From Thraustochytrium aureum (taxonomy: Eukaryota): a stretch of DNA of 62,566 nt. A program made the position numbers and the translations under genes. Below the pieces are notes generated by a model. It did no database searches. It saw only the letters and a program-made list of their open reading frames with translations, and had not been told where the DNA came from. Of this stretch, positions 35,706-50,700 are shown piece after piece; position 1 is the first letter of the stretch; every line of letters begins with the position of its first letter. The DNA lies in contig BLSG01000296.1 of NCBI GenBank assembly GCA_012862495.1, positions 39,660-102,225 on the forward strand, written 5' to 3'.

Positions 35706-38700
35706 CGACCTCGCCCGGGCCGAGCTGCGCAAGCCTCCGGCGCCCTGCTTGGCAGTTCAGACGCGGACGAGCGCATGGGCCGCGCTGGCGTGAGCGAAGC
35801 GGAAGAGCTGGCCAAGGCCGGCTTCACTGCGCGGCTGATGAACAAAGTGGTGGACAACATTGAAATCAACGTGCGCAACGTGCACATCAGGTACGAGGAC
35901 AGGGTGACCAACCCGCGGCACGCCTTCTCCGTTGGAATCACGCTAGAGTCGCTCAAGATGCAGTCCACGGACAAGTTGTGGCGCCCCTGCTTCGTCGACC
36001 TCGTCAGAGAGGTCAAGGAGCGGCTCGGCGAGGGGGGCAAGTACCTGGAGAAACTCCTGGCCTACAAGCTCCTCAAGCTTAATCACATCGCAATCTACTG
36101 GAACCCCTCGCCAGACCCAGCCGGCGAGCGCGAGATTGACTACGCGAGATGCACGTTCGCCGAGATGGCGGCCGTCTTCGGCCGCATGATCCCGCGCAAG
36201 CGCGAGCAAGAGGACGAGGATTTTCGCCGCGTGCTCCAGCACGAGCGCCGCCAGCAGCAACAGCAAGCTACTGCGCTGCCGCGGCGCGCACGGCGCACCA
36301 GCCACACCCAGGGAGACCATCTATCAGGTGCGGCGCTCGAAGCGCAGTCTGCCGTCAGCGATAGTGCCCGCGTATCGCGCCGGAGGCCTCGACGCGACGC
36401 AGCCAGTGACGTGCAGAGCTCCGGGGCGGCGTCGTTCAGGGAAGCGATCCATGCGGCTGCCCAGGCGTCCGCGGGCCGCCGCGGGCGGCACAGCACCCAG
36501 AGCGGGCCAGCGCAGCACCGTTTCGTCCTGCGGCCCGCAAGCGTCACGATTAAAGTCCGGTCCAACCGCGACCCCCGCTTCAGCGACGGACCCGAGAGGT
36601 CAGTGGATATTGACGTGGACGCTGTCGCGGTCGCCGTCGAGAGATTTCAATACCTTGACGGGATCGAAATGCTCACCGCATTTGATGCTGCTGAAAAGTC
36701 GTACAGGTATGCAGACTTCCGCCCGGCACATGTCTCCGTCGTGGACGCACCCCGCGTGTGGTGGCACTTTGCGGGACGGGCTATTCGCGAACAGGTGCGC
36801 GATCGTCTGCGACGGTACAAGGGCGAGTACATCACCCGCCGCCGCGCACAGCGGCTTGAATACATGGCCCTCTGGAAACGCAACTTGGTCGGCCGCCCAG
36901 CCGCCGAAATCCACACCAACTTGCGCGCGCCAGAGCTAGTCGCTGGCGGGCCCTCCTCCCCCTTTGCCGCAGTAGGCGGCGACGAGCCGATCCGCGCGCC
37001 GCGAAATCTGGCCGCCGCGGGGAACGGGCACCCCGTCGGCTCCATGGATGACTACGCACAGTCGCCCCTGCGCTTAAAGCGCAACATGATGCTCCGCGGC
37101 GCGCAGATGGTCCACCCAGGCCCCAGCACGCTCGCAGACTCGAGCCCCCCTGGGCCTGCAGCTTCGCCGGAGGGACTAGCCGCACAAAGCCCTGGGACCG
37201 AGCGATCGGGCGATTTCCAGACAAGTACAGTCCCAACCAGGTACCTCGAGCTCGATCAAGTCGGGCGGATCCGCCTCGAGCAACTCGAGGATGATCTTGA
37301 TGTGGACGACATTATGTTCTTCAGGTCGCTGGCCGAGAGCGATTTGCGCCTCGAGCGCGCGCAAGAGCATCTGCAAACCATTGAACGCCGCACAGCCGCA
37401 TTCGGCGAGAGTCGCACCACCGAATCGACACGGGCGGCCAAGGCGGAGGCTGGCTGGACTGGGGCTCTCTTCGGCTGGGCAGGCTGGGCAGTCGGCCTCG
37501 GACCTGGAGCAACGACGTCCGCTGGCGGCGCCGCGCCTAGGAGACGGGGGCCTGAAGTTGGCCCAGAAGGGGCGTCCTTAGGGATGACTCGGGAAGAGCA
37601 GGAGACCCTCCTGGCCATGCTTGACTTTGACCCGACGCATATACTGCACGACGCCACCAATGGGGCGAGTATGCGGACGCCAGGTCGTGTTGTGTCGGTG
37701 ACCCGGTTTCGGCTTGCGTCTGGATCACTCGAACTCTGGGACAACGAAAGAGCAGACAGACCGATGGAGGCGATGCCCTCTATTCTCGTTGATGGCCACT
37801 TTGATGGCCTTGTCGTAAAAGTGTCGGCGAGGGAGAACGGCACAAGCCAGATGAATGCCTCACTCGAAACCGTCGTCGTCTTCGATCGCTGCGGCGGCAA
37901 TCCGCGGTTTTCGCGCATGGTCGCTCTAAAGGAGACCTCGGCGGCCGAGCACCTCTCGTCGTGCGTGTCGACCGCCTCTGATGGAGGCGCTCTCGAGCGG
38001 GCCTCTCACGCGACGCCGCCATCGTTCAGCGGAGTCACCGAGCGCATGGAGCGCAACTACTTGCGGCGAAAGCAGCTTGAGCGAGCCAACCGCATCCGAG
38101 CGGCGCGGGCAGAGCGTCTCCGCCGCCAGCAGGACGCAATTGGTGGCGCCGCCGCTTGGGCCGCCTCTCTTGGGGGTTTCGAGACCGCCGCTCCGCTGCA
38201 CTACTCTGATCCGCGGTATGCCGCGCTCGATCGGGAAGCCGCGTCATCTTGACGGGTTCAGAGGCCTTGGGGAGAGCGACGGCGAAGAGGAGGGGTTCAT
38301 TCTGCCGCAGACGCAACCGATGACGAGGAGCACGAGTCGGCCAGTGTGTCGCACGGCGAAACAGGCAGCGCAGGGCGCCACGCTCCCTGGCGAGCGCCGC
38401 ACAAGCGCGGTTCCGCAGCGGCTTCGAGCCGTCTCGGCCGCCTTGCAAACTCGCTGCGCGGCGCCGGGGCTCGGCGCGGTTCTCGTCTTGAGGATTGGGC
38501 CATGCACGTCGCTGGTCGAGCCTCGGCGTTTGGAAGCGCACTTGGTGCGGGCCACGGCGCGGGTATCTCCCTCTCGCCGAGCCTGCCCGTGTTCTCCATG
38601 CAAGTCGATACCTACTGCCCAGACACGAGCGCGGACCTCTCCCTTCGAATAAGAACGCAGCCGCTTGAGATGGTTTACAGCCCGCTCTGCATGGACCGAG

Positions 38701-41700
38701 TTTCGGCGTTCTTCAGAGTGCCGGAATCGGTCTACATGTTCAAAGAGCTACAGTTCGACACGATCAACCGGTTTACCAGCTCGCAGTCTCGCAATCGTGC
38801 CAAGATGGAGTATGCTTTCAGCAACCACATTTCCGTCTCGATGGACATCGACATCCAGGCCCCTTTGGTGATCATTCCGCAAAACAACCTCTCGCTGCAG
38901 GCCGAAGACACCAATCTCATCCTTGTGGACTTTGGGCGCATGCCGTTCGCGACAGAGCCCTTTCGACGATCAAGACAGAGGCCAAAAATGCGAATAGGTT
39001 CCCGCAGCCGTCGCCGGCGGGGCCGCGCATAGGCGCAGCGCGCCCTCCCGCCCCGCCTGGGCCAGTCGTCGACGCCAGTGGGCCCCCACCAGGTAACGAC
39101 ACGTCCACGAACGAAAGAGGCGCTGCAACCCGGACTGCGGCTTCAGCCTTGGGCCCTCCGGCCAGCGGGGATGCTGGGCGACAAGTGAGCCCGACTCAAC
39201 TGAGCCTGTCCCTCTAGGCGCGCCGCGCGTCCAGGACGCCCTGCAGCGCCAGCGAGCAAGTCAAAGCGCTCAAAGTGCGGCACAAGCCAGCAGCGACTCC
39301 GGGGATCGCGCGCCAGATTCCCCAGCGCCGTTGGCAGACATCGCGGCTGCAAGCGACACGGCCAACTTTTTCGACGAGTACGCAGTGTCCTGCACCAATG
39401 TGCAGGTCATGGTCACGAACGCGGCGGCGCCGTGGCGATCTATCTCTGACCAACATCGGCTCAGGATGCACGTTGTGGATCAGTTCACGTTCAACATTGT
39501 TGTGTGCACCAGCATTCTGCAGTACGATCGGACGCTGCCCAAGGTCAAGCTGTATGCAAACCTCCCGTCTCTGCACGTGCATCTCAGCCCAGAGAAATAC
39601 ATGGCTGCTTTGCAAGTTGCAGAGTCGCACTCCAAGCCCAAATCCAAGCCATCGACGATGGCCGTCCCGAATCAGGCGAGCCGTGCTCCGAATGACGTCG
39701 AACCCGCGGGAGACGATTCGCTTGTCGTCCCCACACTGCGCAGCGAAGAGTTTGTCCTGGACGCTCTCACTGCTCGCAATCCCAGCGCGGAGGCTTGGGC
39801 CGCGGCCATTCCAGGTCCGCGCGTGGGCGGCGCTCCTGATTCTCGCCTTGGCACTCCGCTGGGCGGTCCGGCGTCGCCCTTTGGCCCCGAAGGCTTGGCG
39901 GAATCGCACTCCCCTGTCGGCAACGGGCTCCGAGCGCCCAGGTCGGTTTCGGGAGGTGGCACGCGGATGGAGCCCATCTCGCTTGGTCCGAGCTCCGCCT
40001 CGGTTGCCAGTACGCGCAGCAGCCTAGCCGGGCCAAACAAACAGGACCGCTTTGTCAGACTCGGGCCGCCTCACTCGGGGGCCGTCGNNNNNNNNNNNNN
40101 NNNNNNNNNNNNNNNNNNNNNNNNNNNNNNNNNNNNNNNNNNNNNNNNNNNNNNNNNNNNNNNNNNNNNNNNNNNNNNNNNNNNNNNNNNNNNNNNNNNN
40201 NNNNNNNNNNNNNNNNNNNNNNNNNNNNNNNNNNNNNNNNNNNNNNNNNNNNNNNNNNNNNNNNNNNNNNNNNNNNNNNNNNNNNNNNNNNNNNNNNNNN
40301 NNNNNNNNNNNNNNNNNNNNNNNNNNNNNNNNNNNNNNNNNNNNNNNNNNNNNNNNNNNNNNNNNNNNNNNNNNNNGGTTCGGTTGTAGCAAGCCTTTTT
40401 GACACGCTACACAACGAGGACGGCGAGGAGGAGGCCGCAGAGCTAGGCGAAAACCCTCCTGAGGGGGAGCAGTTCGGGGCCGGCGCCCACTCCGAATTCT
40501 TCGAGGACGCCGTCGACGACTACTTCACAACCGTAGGCTCAGTTACGCACTCCTCTTCTCGGAAGCACGTTACGTCGGCTGAAAGCGTGAGCAGCTTTGT
40601 CAGTGCGATGAACGGGGACTTTGATTCTGTAGCCGACGACGCGGCGTCGCTATCCAGACAGCGTGCGCGTGTCGCTGCTGCTGCGGCGGCCGCCGCAGCT
40701 GCCGCAGCGGCGCCGAAAGCGGCAAAGAAAAGGCCGAACGTGTCGGTTCTGCAATGCTCCATGAGCATAAACCTCATTGCAATTTCGCTCACGCGTCACA
40801 AGCGCCCCACAGAGCGCAAGCCGAGCCGCGCCGCATTTAGCGGCACATCCTCGAAACGCAAATCCTTCGGGGGCAGCGCAGAGCCCGCCTCGGCCAGGAG
40901 CATGGCACAGCCAGCCGCAGACATTCCAATGGCCGCTCCTGCAAACCAGGTTATCAAGCCGTTCGTTCAGGACTGGCTCGACGAGGTCGAGAAGCTTGAG
41001 CGGGCACAGGGGAGCCCGGCGCCTTTTCCCCACGACGCGCACTCTGCCTCCACGAGAAAGTCAGTCTCCGCGTCCGCCGCATCCCGCCTGCGCCAGGGCC
41101 GGCACGAGCGGTCCTCCTCTCAGCTAAATGATGAGGCGCTCGACGAGATTTTAGCCGGCGAGGATGACTGTGATGGCCACGCGGCGCGGGAAGAGGAGGG
41201 CATCATGCTCCTTTCCTTCGAGGGCATCGGATTTAGTGCCACGCTCCGCACAATGGACACCTCCTTCGACCTTGCCCTTCGTGGCGTCACGGTCCGCGAT
41301 GTGCTGCATCGGAACATTGCGAGTCTCAAGCTCGGCGACCAGTTGGAGGCCTATCCCGTGCTGGTTCAGTCTGGCTTGGATCATCCAGTGTCTTTGAGGC
41401 GCGAGGGCGGAGGGCAGGCTTCGTCTGTCGTGTTTTCGACGATCTCGCAACTTCAACGCACCCCGGAAACGGGCCCCCCGGCGCGCTCGAAGAATGTCCT
41501 GACGCTCGACTTTCGCGCCATGTCAAAGGACTCCCCCCTCTACGCAGGAGTTGGCGTGCAGGTTGCAGCTCGAGTGGGCTCAGTACAGCTTGTCTTTAAG
41601 CAGGACGTGCTTGCGGCTCTCGTGGACGCGTTCGCCAGCCCAGAGGTGCAAAACGCGAAAGGGGCAGCAACGTTTGCCTCCGAGGACGGCCCTTCCGAGA

Positions 41701-44700
41701 GTTTGGCCAGTGACTCTACGCATGGCAAGCCGAAAGAGGAAAGCTCCAGTGCATCCAGCAGCCAAACTGGCCGGAGGGGGTCGCGCCCAGCGCAAGCCTC
41801 CCGGGGTGTTTCAATGCCCGCTCCTCTGGCGAATATCCCGAAAGCCGGAGCCTCAGCTGGCCAGCCAAACCCGAGCCCAAACGTCGGAATTGTGTTCGTG
41901 CGAGCCCAGCTTGTCGCTTCCCTTTCTGCTCTGGAGATCTCCTTCGTTGAAAGCAAGCCCGCCCCTCGCGGGCCACACAAATCAAGCGACGCCGCCAGCG
42001 GAATTCGCACTGTGGCGCGCGCCTCGATTGCAGACGTCGAGTTTCGTCGCATCGATGGTGAAGACGGCCGATCCACCACAACCGCGCAGCTCGGCACCTT
42101 CTCCGTAAAAGACATGGTCACTGGAATAGGAACGACGTACGATCGCCGCCGCAAAGCGAGCCACGCTGACCAACAGACAGCGACGATCCCCGAGCAGGGA
42201 ACGCTTCCAGAGGTGGAGTCTTCGTTCGTCGAAGTGGCAGGCTCGACGCGACGCGAGAGCGACCGCCGGCCCTTGTTGCTTTTGCGATGCAACTCGTTTT
42301 CCAGTGGCCTGCGCGCCCGACGTCTCGTCGTCTTCGAGAACCCTGACGCAACCGACAGCGCTGGGTCAGATAGCGCGGTCGAAAGCAGCCTCGACGGGGT
42401 TGTTGCACAGCGCGAAAGCGAATGCGAAGGTGCTAGCACAGCTGCTGGCGAGGAGACCCCAGAAAGACGCCAAGCCCTTGACCTGGACGAGGTTCTCGAG
42501 AGCTTTCTCGTCGACTCTCCGCCCCCCTCGCCACGCCGTGACCAAGCCAGCTTAAGTGGCTTTGATGGAGCGCACTATACTTCGACGCACGGGCCAGGCG
42601 TTGGTGCCTCAGATCGCCGCGCCCCGATGGACCCTTCTCCTGGCGCCGCCGACCCTGGCCGGTCAGACTACGATGTCGGCGAACAAAATGCTGGGTGCTC
42701 TCACGTGTGCTGTACGCGGCGAAGGCGGCAAGCCCGAGAGACCGAACGTGCGCGACTCGGGTATATTGACAGCGCAGCTGAGCAAGTGGCTGCCTCGAAA
42801 GCGCCACTCCCTGGCATCCCCTTGCGCAACGACCTCACGGTGCAATTGCGCTCTGCGTTTGTGCGTGTAAATGTAGAGTTCCTGCACACGATGGTGGACT
42901 ATCTGTACTTTGGCGACCTGCTGCACGCGCTTCGCCGATTGGACCGTTTGGACGACGAAGATGAGCAGGCTGACTGCAAGCTGAGTCGTGCGAGGCGACT
43001 GGCACACACGACTACCACCGCTCAGCGAGTGAAGCAGTCGGCGAAGGGAGTCCTAAAGCAGGGCGATCCTGCTGCTCCTGCTGTTAGCCCTTGGACCGAG
43101 CTTGCGTTCAACATGGTGCAGGCCAGCTTGTTCGACTTCTCCATCGAGTTCCCAAGCTCGCAACGAGGTTCCCCAATGGGCATTTTCCACCTCGATGCAG
43201 CGAGCGCCACAAACCGGTACTTCCTCGGCGACGTCGGACCGAGCGAGAGTGCGTATGTTCTCGAGCGACACCCTGGCGGCGTTCTGGCAATGCACGCAAT
43301 CGAGAGCACAACCGTTTCAGTCAAGAAGGCGAGCTTTCGCATCCCCGCTGCCCTCGGCGGACCGAACATGTCCCAGGAGACTTTCAAGGTCCTCCAAGAC
43401 GTATCTATCGACGCGAGGCACGTCAAATATTGCGGAGTCGCAATCGCGCTTCGAGCTGACGTCGTCGGGCCTCAGGTCCAGCCAGTTGCGCAGCAGCAGC
43501 CACGCGCTCTAAGGAGAGCTTGGCGCTGGTCCCTCCGGCCCTTGAATCATTCTCCAACGACTCGCACACCGCCGAGCAAGGTCAAAGTGCTCGTGTCCAA
43601 GGTCGACGTCGAGGTCTCAGACGAGCACGTTGTCACACTGATCGGCATTGCCGACCACCTAGGTTCGATGGATGTGGCTGATATTGTGAAAAAGCTCAAC
43701 ACGGGCAGGGCGAACAAACGTCGCGAGGCTGTGCTTGGTCAAGGCCATGCGCCAGATTTGCTCGAGGCGCCGCAGGATCTCTCAAATGGAAACCCACGCG
43801 ACGCAGACGACGGTTTCTCGCAGTGCTCTTGCTCGACAGCAGCCTCTGATGACAACCCTTTGTCGGCAGTTCCTCTGCTCACGGTCGACGCGGGCATGGA
43901 CGCGTTCGAGATCAAGGTCTTGGCGTTGAGGTATCCCACACAGAGCAACAACGGCCAGGCCGCAGGGTCTCGGAATGGCCCGACCGGCATTGCCACGAAC
44001 AGCGTCGGGGGGACGCCCTTTCGTGCTGGTGGGTTTCGCGGCCGCCGCTCAACTGTGCCAGCTGCGCGCAATGTGTCTGTACCAAGGCTCGAGCCAGTGA
44101 TGACGCTCTCTGCGGCCGAGTTTACGGCGTCCGTGTCAAAGTCGCCTCCTGCAGAGCCTGAGCGGTCAACGTCGGCGAGCGCCCACGTCGGCCGCTTCTG
44201 TGTCGTCGACTCGCGCCCTCAACACCTTCGCGACGCCTTTCAGCAAGTTTTGCAGGGAGGTCGAGTCAGCTCGTCTGAAGCCCCTTTGCTCGAGTTGCAG
44301 TGGTTGCACCAGACGTTCAGGGACAGCGCAACGAAAGAGTCGCTTAGTTGTCGCGTTGCAACTGTGCGCTTCACGCTTGTTGAAGGGATGTTCCGGGAGC
44401 TGTATGCGTGGGGTGTGCGAGTTCGCCGCGCCGCTGAAATGGAGTCGCTCTGGCCTATGCGGGTGCCAGAATGGAGCAAACCTAACGCTGCTCGTTTCGC
44501 AATACCGGCGACCCCGCGCGGGCAGCCTGCCCAACGGCTCGCGACGACGCGGCAGCAAAGCAGCAAAACGCCAGCGCAAACGAAGTCGTCTCGAGTTCGA
44601 GCTAGATCGCGCTCTCGTGCCACCATGATGGACGCGACGCCGGGCGTTTTGGGAGCAGCGACTGCCCCGCGGAGGAGAGCGAACCCGGCGAGAGAGTCTG

Positions 44701-47700
44701 GCCCGAAGCTACGATCCAGCACGAGCGTGGATGGGAGGAAGCCACTCCACCGCCGGTCGTGGTCACGCCGATCTGCGCTCCCGCTCCGGCTGTCCTCGCG
44801 CGATGACGCAATAGACAGCGTCAGAGGGGAGCCCACGAGCTCGCCCCCGAGCACGCTGGCTGTTGGAAGTGAGGTTGCCGCAAACGTTGCAAGCTCGAGC
44901 CACGACGCAGCTGCGACCGCCTCGCAACCGGTTCTTGGGTATAGTTCTGGCGACGTCATTCTCACGCCGGCCCCGCTGACGCGGTCTCGCTCAGTCGAGT
45001 CTGCTTCAATCGCCGCGGCGCATTCGTGGGTGAGCGAGTTTTCGGGCGCCGCATCCGACACGGGAGGCACGTGGGCCGGCATGAGCGCGGCTTCACCAGT
45101 ACCTGCGCAGCCAAGCGCCGGTGAGCACCACGTATGGGCAGCTAGCAAGTCAGATGCTGCCGGGCAACCTAGCGTTGGCCTGGCTTCTGGCCTAGACTCC
45201 GCGTCCACAGTCCTGGGGCAACGCGGGCACTTGGCCAGACCTCCTGGACCGCGTTCGAACATTTGGCACGTCCCGCTCGAGAGCGGGAGGGACAGTGGCG
45301 GACTGCAATCTTTATCGAAGAATGAAGGGCCAAGGATTCATGACCGGAGCGTTTCGGCTGCCGCGTCCCTGCCTTGCCACNNNNNNNNNNNNNNNNNNNN
45401 NNNNNNNNNNNNNNNNNNNNNNNNNNNNNNNNNNNNNNNNNNNNNNNNNNNNNNNNNNNNNNNNNNNNNNNNNNNNNNNNNNNNNNNNNNNNNNNNNNNN
45501 NNNNNNNNNNNNNNNNNNNNNNNNNNNNNNNNNNNNNNNGATTCTCGGGTGCTGCGGTTCACGACCTCAGTGGTTGTGTCGACGCAGTTTGGAGGACGGA
45601 CCGGTGCTTCTCCGGCACTGACAGCGCCAGGGTGGCAGGTGCTCGTCGAGTCCTGCTCGGCGTCGCTGGGCAGGCTCAGCCCTGAACCGAGTTTGGCTGC
45701 TTGGTGGGCGACGCCTTCGTCCTCGAGCCATCTCGGAGGCGCGAGCGCCGGGCACGCGCAGCAGCCTTTGCAGCATCAAGCTAGCGCGCTTGCTCACGCG
45801 ACGGGCGCTCCTTCAGCGGGACCGAGCCCTGATGGTTGCGCCGACTCGGTTTTGGTCCAACCTTTCGACGCTAGTATCGAGTATAAAGTCAAGGTGCCGA
45901 CGCCGCGCCGCCCTCGAGTGCATCACGAGGTGAAAGTGGATGTCGGCAACATCGACTCCCGCATAACGTACCGCGAGATCCGCGTTGTAGCAAGCGTGCT
46001 CTCCCGCTTCGCTTCGCTTTCAGATTCGCTGGCCGCTCGACCTGGTTTGCCAGAACATCGTCAGCCGATCGAATCAGCTCTTCACCGAGGTCAAGTGTGG
46101 ACCTCCTCCGACCAAAATGGGGCTCCCAGCAAGAGCACATCGGCACATGTGCGAGGTGGCGGGGCCACGCCCGTCGCTGAGCCAGCCACTGCCGCAGACT
46201 TGCCGCCTCCGCTCCATTTAGAGAGGAACGCTAGCACGGCATCGCCCTCGCCATCGAGACCGATCGGGGGCTCGGAACACAAGGAGGGGCCTTCTTACGC
46301 CGCCAGCAGAGCGCGACGGGCGAGAAATCCAGACGAGAGCGGCAGCCAAGTCGCGCCGCCTGGCCGCACAGCGAGGCTGACATTCGAGCAGTCGGGCGCC
46401 CGGTTCCTTCTCGTGGACGACCTCTTCGGCCAGCAAGCCCCTGTGATGGAGCTTCAGGTACTTGGTTTGAGGGGCAGCCTGCAGCTGGGCAAGCGGTGCC
46501 TCCGCGCGAGCGCTTGCCAAAGCGTAGCGGCAGAGTACTTTAATCACCGACTTGGAGCTTGGGAGCCTCTTGTTGAAAAGTACGGGCTAGACATTGAGGC
46601 GATCGCACCAGTGAGTGTCGCCGACGGGTTCCTCGGCCGTGCTACGCGTTTCGCCGGCGTTCTACCTCCACTCCCCAAGGTGAGACTGGCTTCTCCAGAT
46701 GTGCTCAACGTAAACGTCACGGAGGCGTTCATTGAGACTGTATCAGGTGCAAGCAAGATCTGGGGGCCCGAAATTCGTGCCAACGTCGCGGGGGTGCGAG
46801 ACGAATTCGCCTCGCCGCGGGTTCGCACCGGCGTGTTTCGAATTCGCAACGAAACGGGGCTTGCCATAACTGTCTGGCCAGCGAACTCGGGACTCGGCGC
46901 AGGGTCTCAGAACGCACAGACTATCGGACCAGGGGAGGAGTCGCCCCTGCGTGTGGAGGAATGGATTTCTTCTGAGCACGCGACACCGCGCGGCCGAAAT
47001 ACCGCTGCCAGTCCCACCCCAATTCGAGCCGTGTCACTGATTGTGCATGGGCCAGACAGCGCTGTCGGTAAAGCTCAAAACGCTTCGCTGTGGCTTCCAC
47101 TCGCCCGCCTACCGATTGAGCGCGAGGGTTCCGGTTTGTTCTTCCTTCGGAGTGTTGGCGGCGGCCCGGAAACCGGGATTAGCGTAGCCTGTGACGTCTT
47201 GTCCGTGGGCTCTGCAAAGCTGCTTTGTGTTCGCTCGAACCTGCTCGTGCGGAACCGATGTGTTGGCCCGATCGAGCTCTCTGTGGCCCCGGCTGATTTG
47301 GAGGTCGAGCAGCCTGCTACACCGCCACGGGCCGGCGACGACGAAGAAGCGGTCGCGGGGTGTGGTCGCTCGGCCGAGGCCTTCGTTTTCCACAGNNNNN
47401 NNNNNNNNNNNNNNNNNNNNNNNNNNNNNNNNNNNNNNNNNNNNNNNNNNNNNNNNNNNNNNNNNNNNNNNNNNNNNNNNNNNNNNNNNNNNNNNNNNNN
47501 NNNNNNNNNNNNNNNNNNNNNNNNNNNNNNNNNNNNNNNNNNNNNNNNNNNNNNNNNNNNNNNNNNNNNNNNNNNNNNNNNNNNNNNNNNNNNNNNNNNN
47601 NNNNNNNNNNNNNNNNNNNNNNNNNNNNNNNNNNNNNNNNNNNNNNNNNNNNNNNNNNNNNNNNNNNNNNNNNNNNNNNNNNNNNNNNNNNNNNNNNNNN

Positions 47701-50700
47701 NNNNNNNNNNNNNNNNNNNNNNNNNNNNNNNNNNNNNNNNNNNNNNNNNNNNNNNNNNNNNNNNNNNNNNNNNNNNNNNNNNNNNNNNNNNNNNNNNNNN
47801 NNNNNNNNNNNNNNNNNNNNNNNNNNNNNNNNNNNNNNNNNNNNNNNNNNNNNNNNNNNNNNNNNNNNNNNNNNNNNNNNNNNNNNNNNNNNNNNNNNNN
47901 NNNNNNNNNNNNNNNNNNNNNNNNNNNNNNNNNNNNNNNNNNNNNNNNNNNNNNNNNNNNNNNNNNNNNNNNNNNNNNNNNNNNNNNNNNNNNNNNNNNN
48001 NNNNNNCTATCGAGCTCAAGGACGCAAACCGGCGGTCCCTCCGCGTTTGCATCGAAGTCGAGGTCCTCCCTGGTGGCACACGCAAAGTGGTGATCTTTGT
48101 ACCATACTGGATTGTCAACGCCTCAGACCTCCACCTGCTTGTCCGCTCAGCATCGCGGTCAGCGAGCTTGGCAGAGACGTTCGGCGGCCACATCGCCGCT
48201 GGGCAGAATGAAGCCATGGCCGTCATGCGGCGTCTCCGAATGAGGCAAAAGCTTGGCGAGCGCGCCTCGTACGAGCGCGGCGTCACCGGTCAGCAGGCGG
48301 CACCTGGCGGTCTGCTGGACCTGCTCGATGATTCAAACAAGCGCGGCGACCGTCGAGCGGGCGAGCCGCTCATGTTTTCTTACACCGACTCTAGGCGCAA
48401 AAAGGGCAGGATTTGCGTCAAGGCAGCCGACTCTGGGTGGTCGCAGGCAATGGGTCTCGACTCTGCCGGGACGACTGGGTTGATTGAACTCAAGCAGCAG
48501 TGGAACGTGAAGAGCGACAGCCCGAGGCAGGTTTTCGTTCTGGGCGTCTCGATCGCGGTGGCGGATGGCCGATTCCACAGGACAAAGATCATAACGCTCA
48601 CACCGCGGTTTGTGCTAGTCAACGCACTCGGCCGGACGCTGAAAATCAAGCAGCGGCAGAGCTTTCACGGGCCCCTCTCAGCGCAAAACGGCTTTCTTGG
48701 TCTTGGCTTGGGCTTAGCTCGTCTCGCTGGACTGCGCTCGGCCGCCCCGGCGCAGCCGTTTCTTGGCGACGGAGGCTCGGGCACGTCTTCGATCCTCAAC
48801 TCGGGCGAGTCTGCCGCAAGTATCCGGCCAGGGGAGCGCACTCCATTTCACTGGTGGGATTCGAATGCGCCGCGGGAAATCTGCGTGCGCTTCGACGAGT
48901 ACGGATGGATTTGGAGTGGGGGGTTTGAGATCGACAATATTGGCGAGTTTTATGTCCGCCTCAGGAATGAGCACACGCACGCTGTTTACATCCTTCGCGT
49001 CGACGGTAAGTTTCGCGCGCAGCGCTGGTTCAATATTGCACTTCGCTGCGCGGTCGCTAACTTGGTGCTGTTGGCGCAGTGTCGTTGGACAAAACGGCCA
49101 AGTCTGGCTCCACGATACTCATCACGTTTCGTCCCGAGCTGCCGAGTCTCCCGCCTTATCGCATCGACAATCTCTCCCTACAGACGCTGAGGCTCCAGCA
49201 GGTGAGTACGACGCAGGTCCGGGCCCGCTAGCCGCTCTGCTCGCTTCTTGTCAGCTTGCTGCTTTGCCCGTGCCACTTTGTCCTNNNNNNNNNNNNNNNN
49301 NNNNNNNNNNNNNNNNNNNNNNNNNNNNNNNNNNNNNNNNNNNNNNNNNNNNNNNNNNNNNNNNNNNNNNNNNNNNNNNNNNNNNNNNNNNNNNNNNNNN
49401 NNNNNNNNNNNNNNNNNNNNNNNNNNNNNNNNNNNNNNNNNNNNNNNNNNNNNNNNNNNNNNNNNNNNNNNNNNNNNNNNNNNGGCCGTGCTTCTTCCGC
49501 TCTTCGCCTAGAAGTTGTTGCGCTCTGCCAAGTTGTCGCTGTTTTTGCTCGACTTTGCCGCGTTCTGAAAGTGGGTGTTGCTAACTTTTCGTCAAACCGT
49601 TGATCCTGCAGCGCGGCGCGTCATCGCAGACGCAACAGGTCCTGTTGCCCTATCACAGCTGCCCGTACACGTGGGACGACCTCTCGCTGCCGCGCAAGCT
49701 CGTTGTAGAATCGCTCGCCAATAAGGGCGGGAACGCCAAGTGGAAAGCCTCCAAGCCGGAAACCGTGCGCGCCAAGGCGTCGCAGGTTTTCGCAAGCGTG
49801 TGGGGCATGCTCTGGGACCAAGCTGGCCCAAGCCGAGACTCGGCGAAAAACCGGCCCGTGACGCTTGGCGATTTCGAGCTCGACCGCCTTCAGCCGTCCA
49901 CGCCCTCGACAGCCTTGCCGCACATCACCGTGGGGGTGCACGCCGACGGCCCCACTCGCGTGCTCTCCATCGTTGACGCGAGAAATGAAACCCGAGACCA
50001 GCCTGGCAAGGCGGAAGGACGTGGGCAGGCCGCCGCCGCTGCAGAAGCTGCGAGGCGAGGCGCTGGGGCGGGCGCGGACGAATGGTGGTTTTCGTCCCTG
50101 AAAGGCATCGCCAGCAGGTCTGATGACAAGGCACCTTACATTGCCGACGACTACGACACAAGCGAATCCGACTCTCTTGGCAGCGACGAAACGTCGTCGC
50201 AAGGGTCGTGGATGTCGCTTGACGATTTTGTGGCAAGGGAGGAGGCGGAGCCGACGCGCAGCCTCGCAGCAACAGCAGCTCGTGCCCAAAGGGCAGGGGA
50301 CGACGCATCTATGAGTCCGCGCGCTCGCGACGAGGAAGGAGCAGTTTTTGGACTCGGCCTTGACGAGGATGAGGCGGGGGCCGCTCTTCACGACCAAAAT
50401 GTCGCTGACAGCCCGTCTGCGAACAACCAAAACTTGGGCGCAGCAAAAGCCTTTGGCGACGCAGGGATCAAATCTCAAACTCGAACACCGGGTTCGACCA
50501 AGCCAAGCGGTACCCTCGACGTGCCTTCGCGACGAAGAGCCACAGAGGCGGGATTGCAACGTGGCGAGATCCGGAGTGACCGTGGGCTGGACCGCTCGAG
50601 TCATGCAGACGCAGACCGAGATCCTTTGCCATCAGGTAGTCGTCGCAGTCTGGTTAAGCATAGCAGCCGGTCCCGTTCCCAGAGTCGGCCAGGCAGGCAG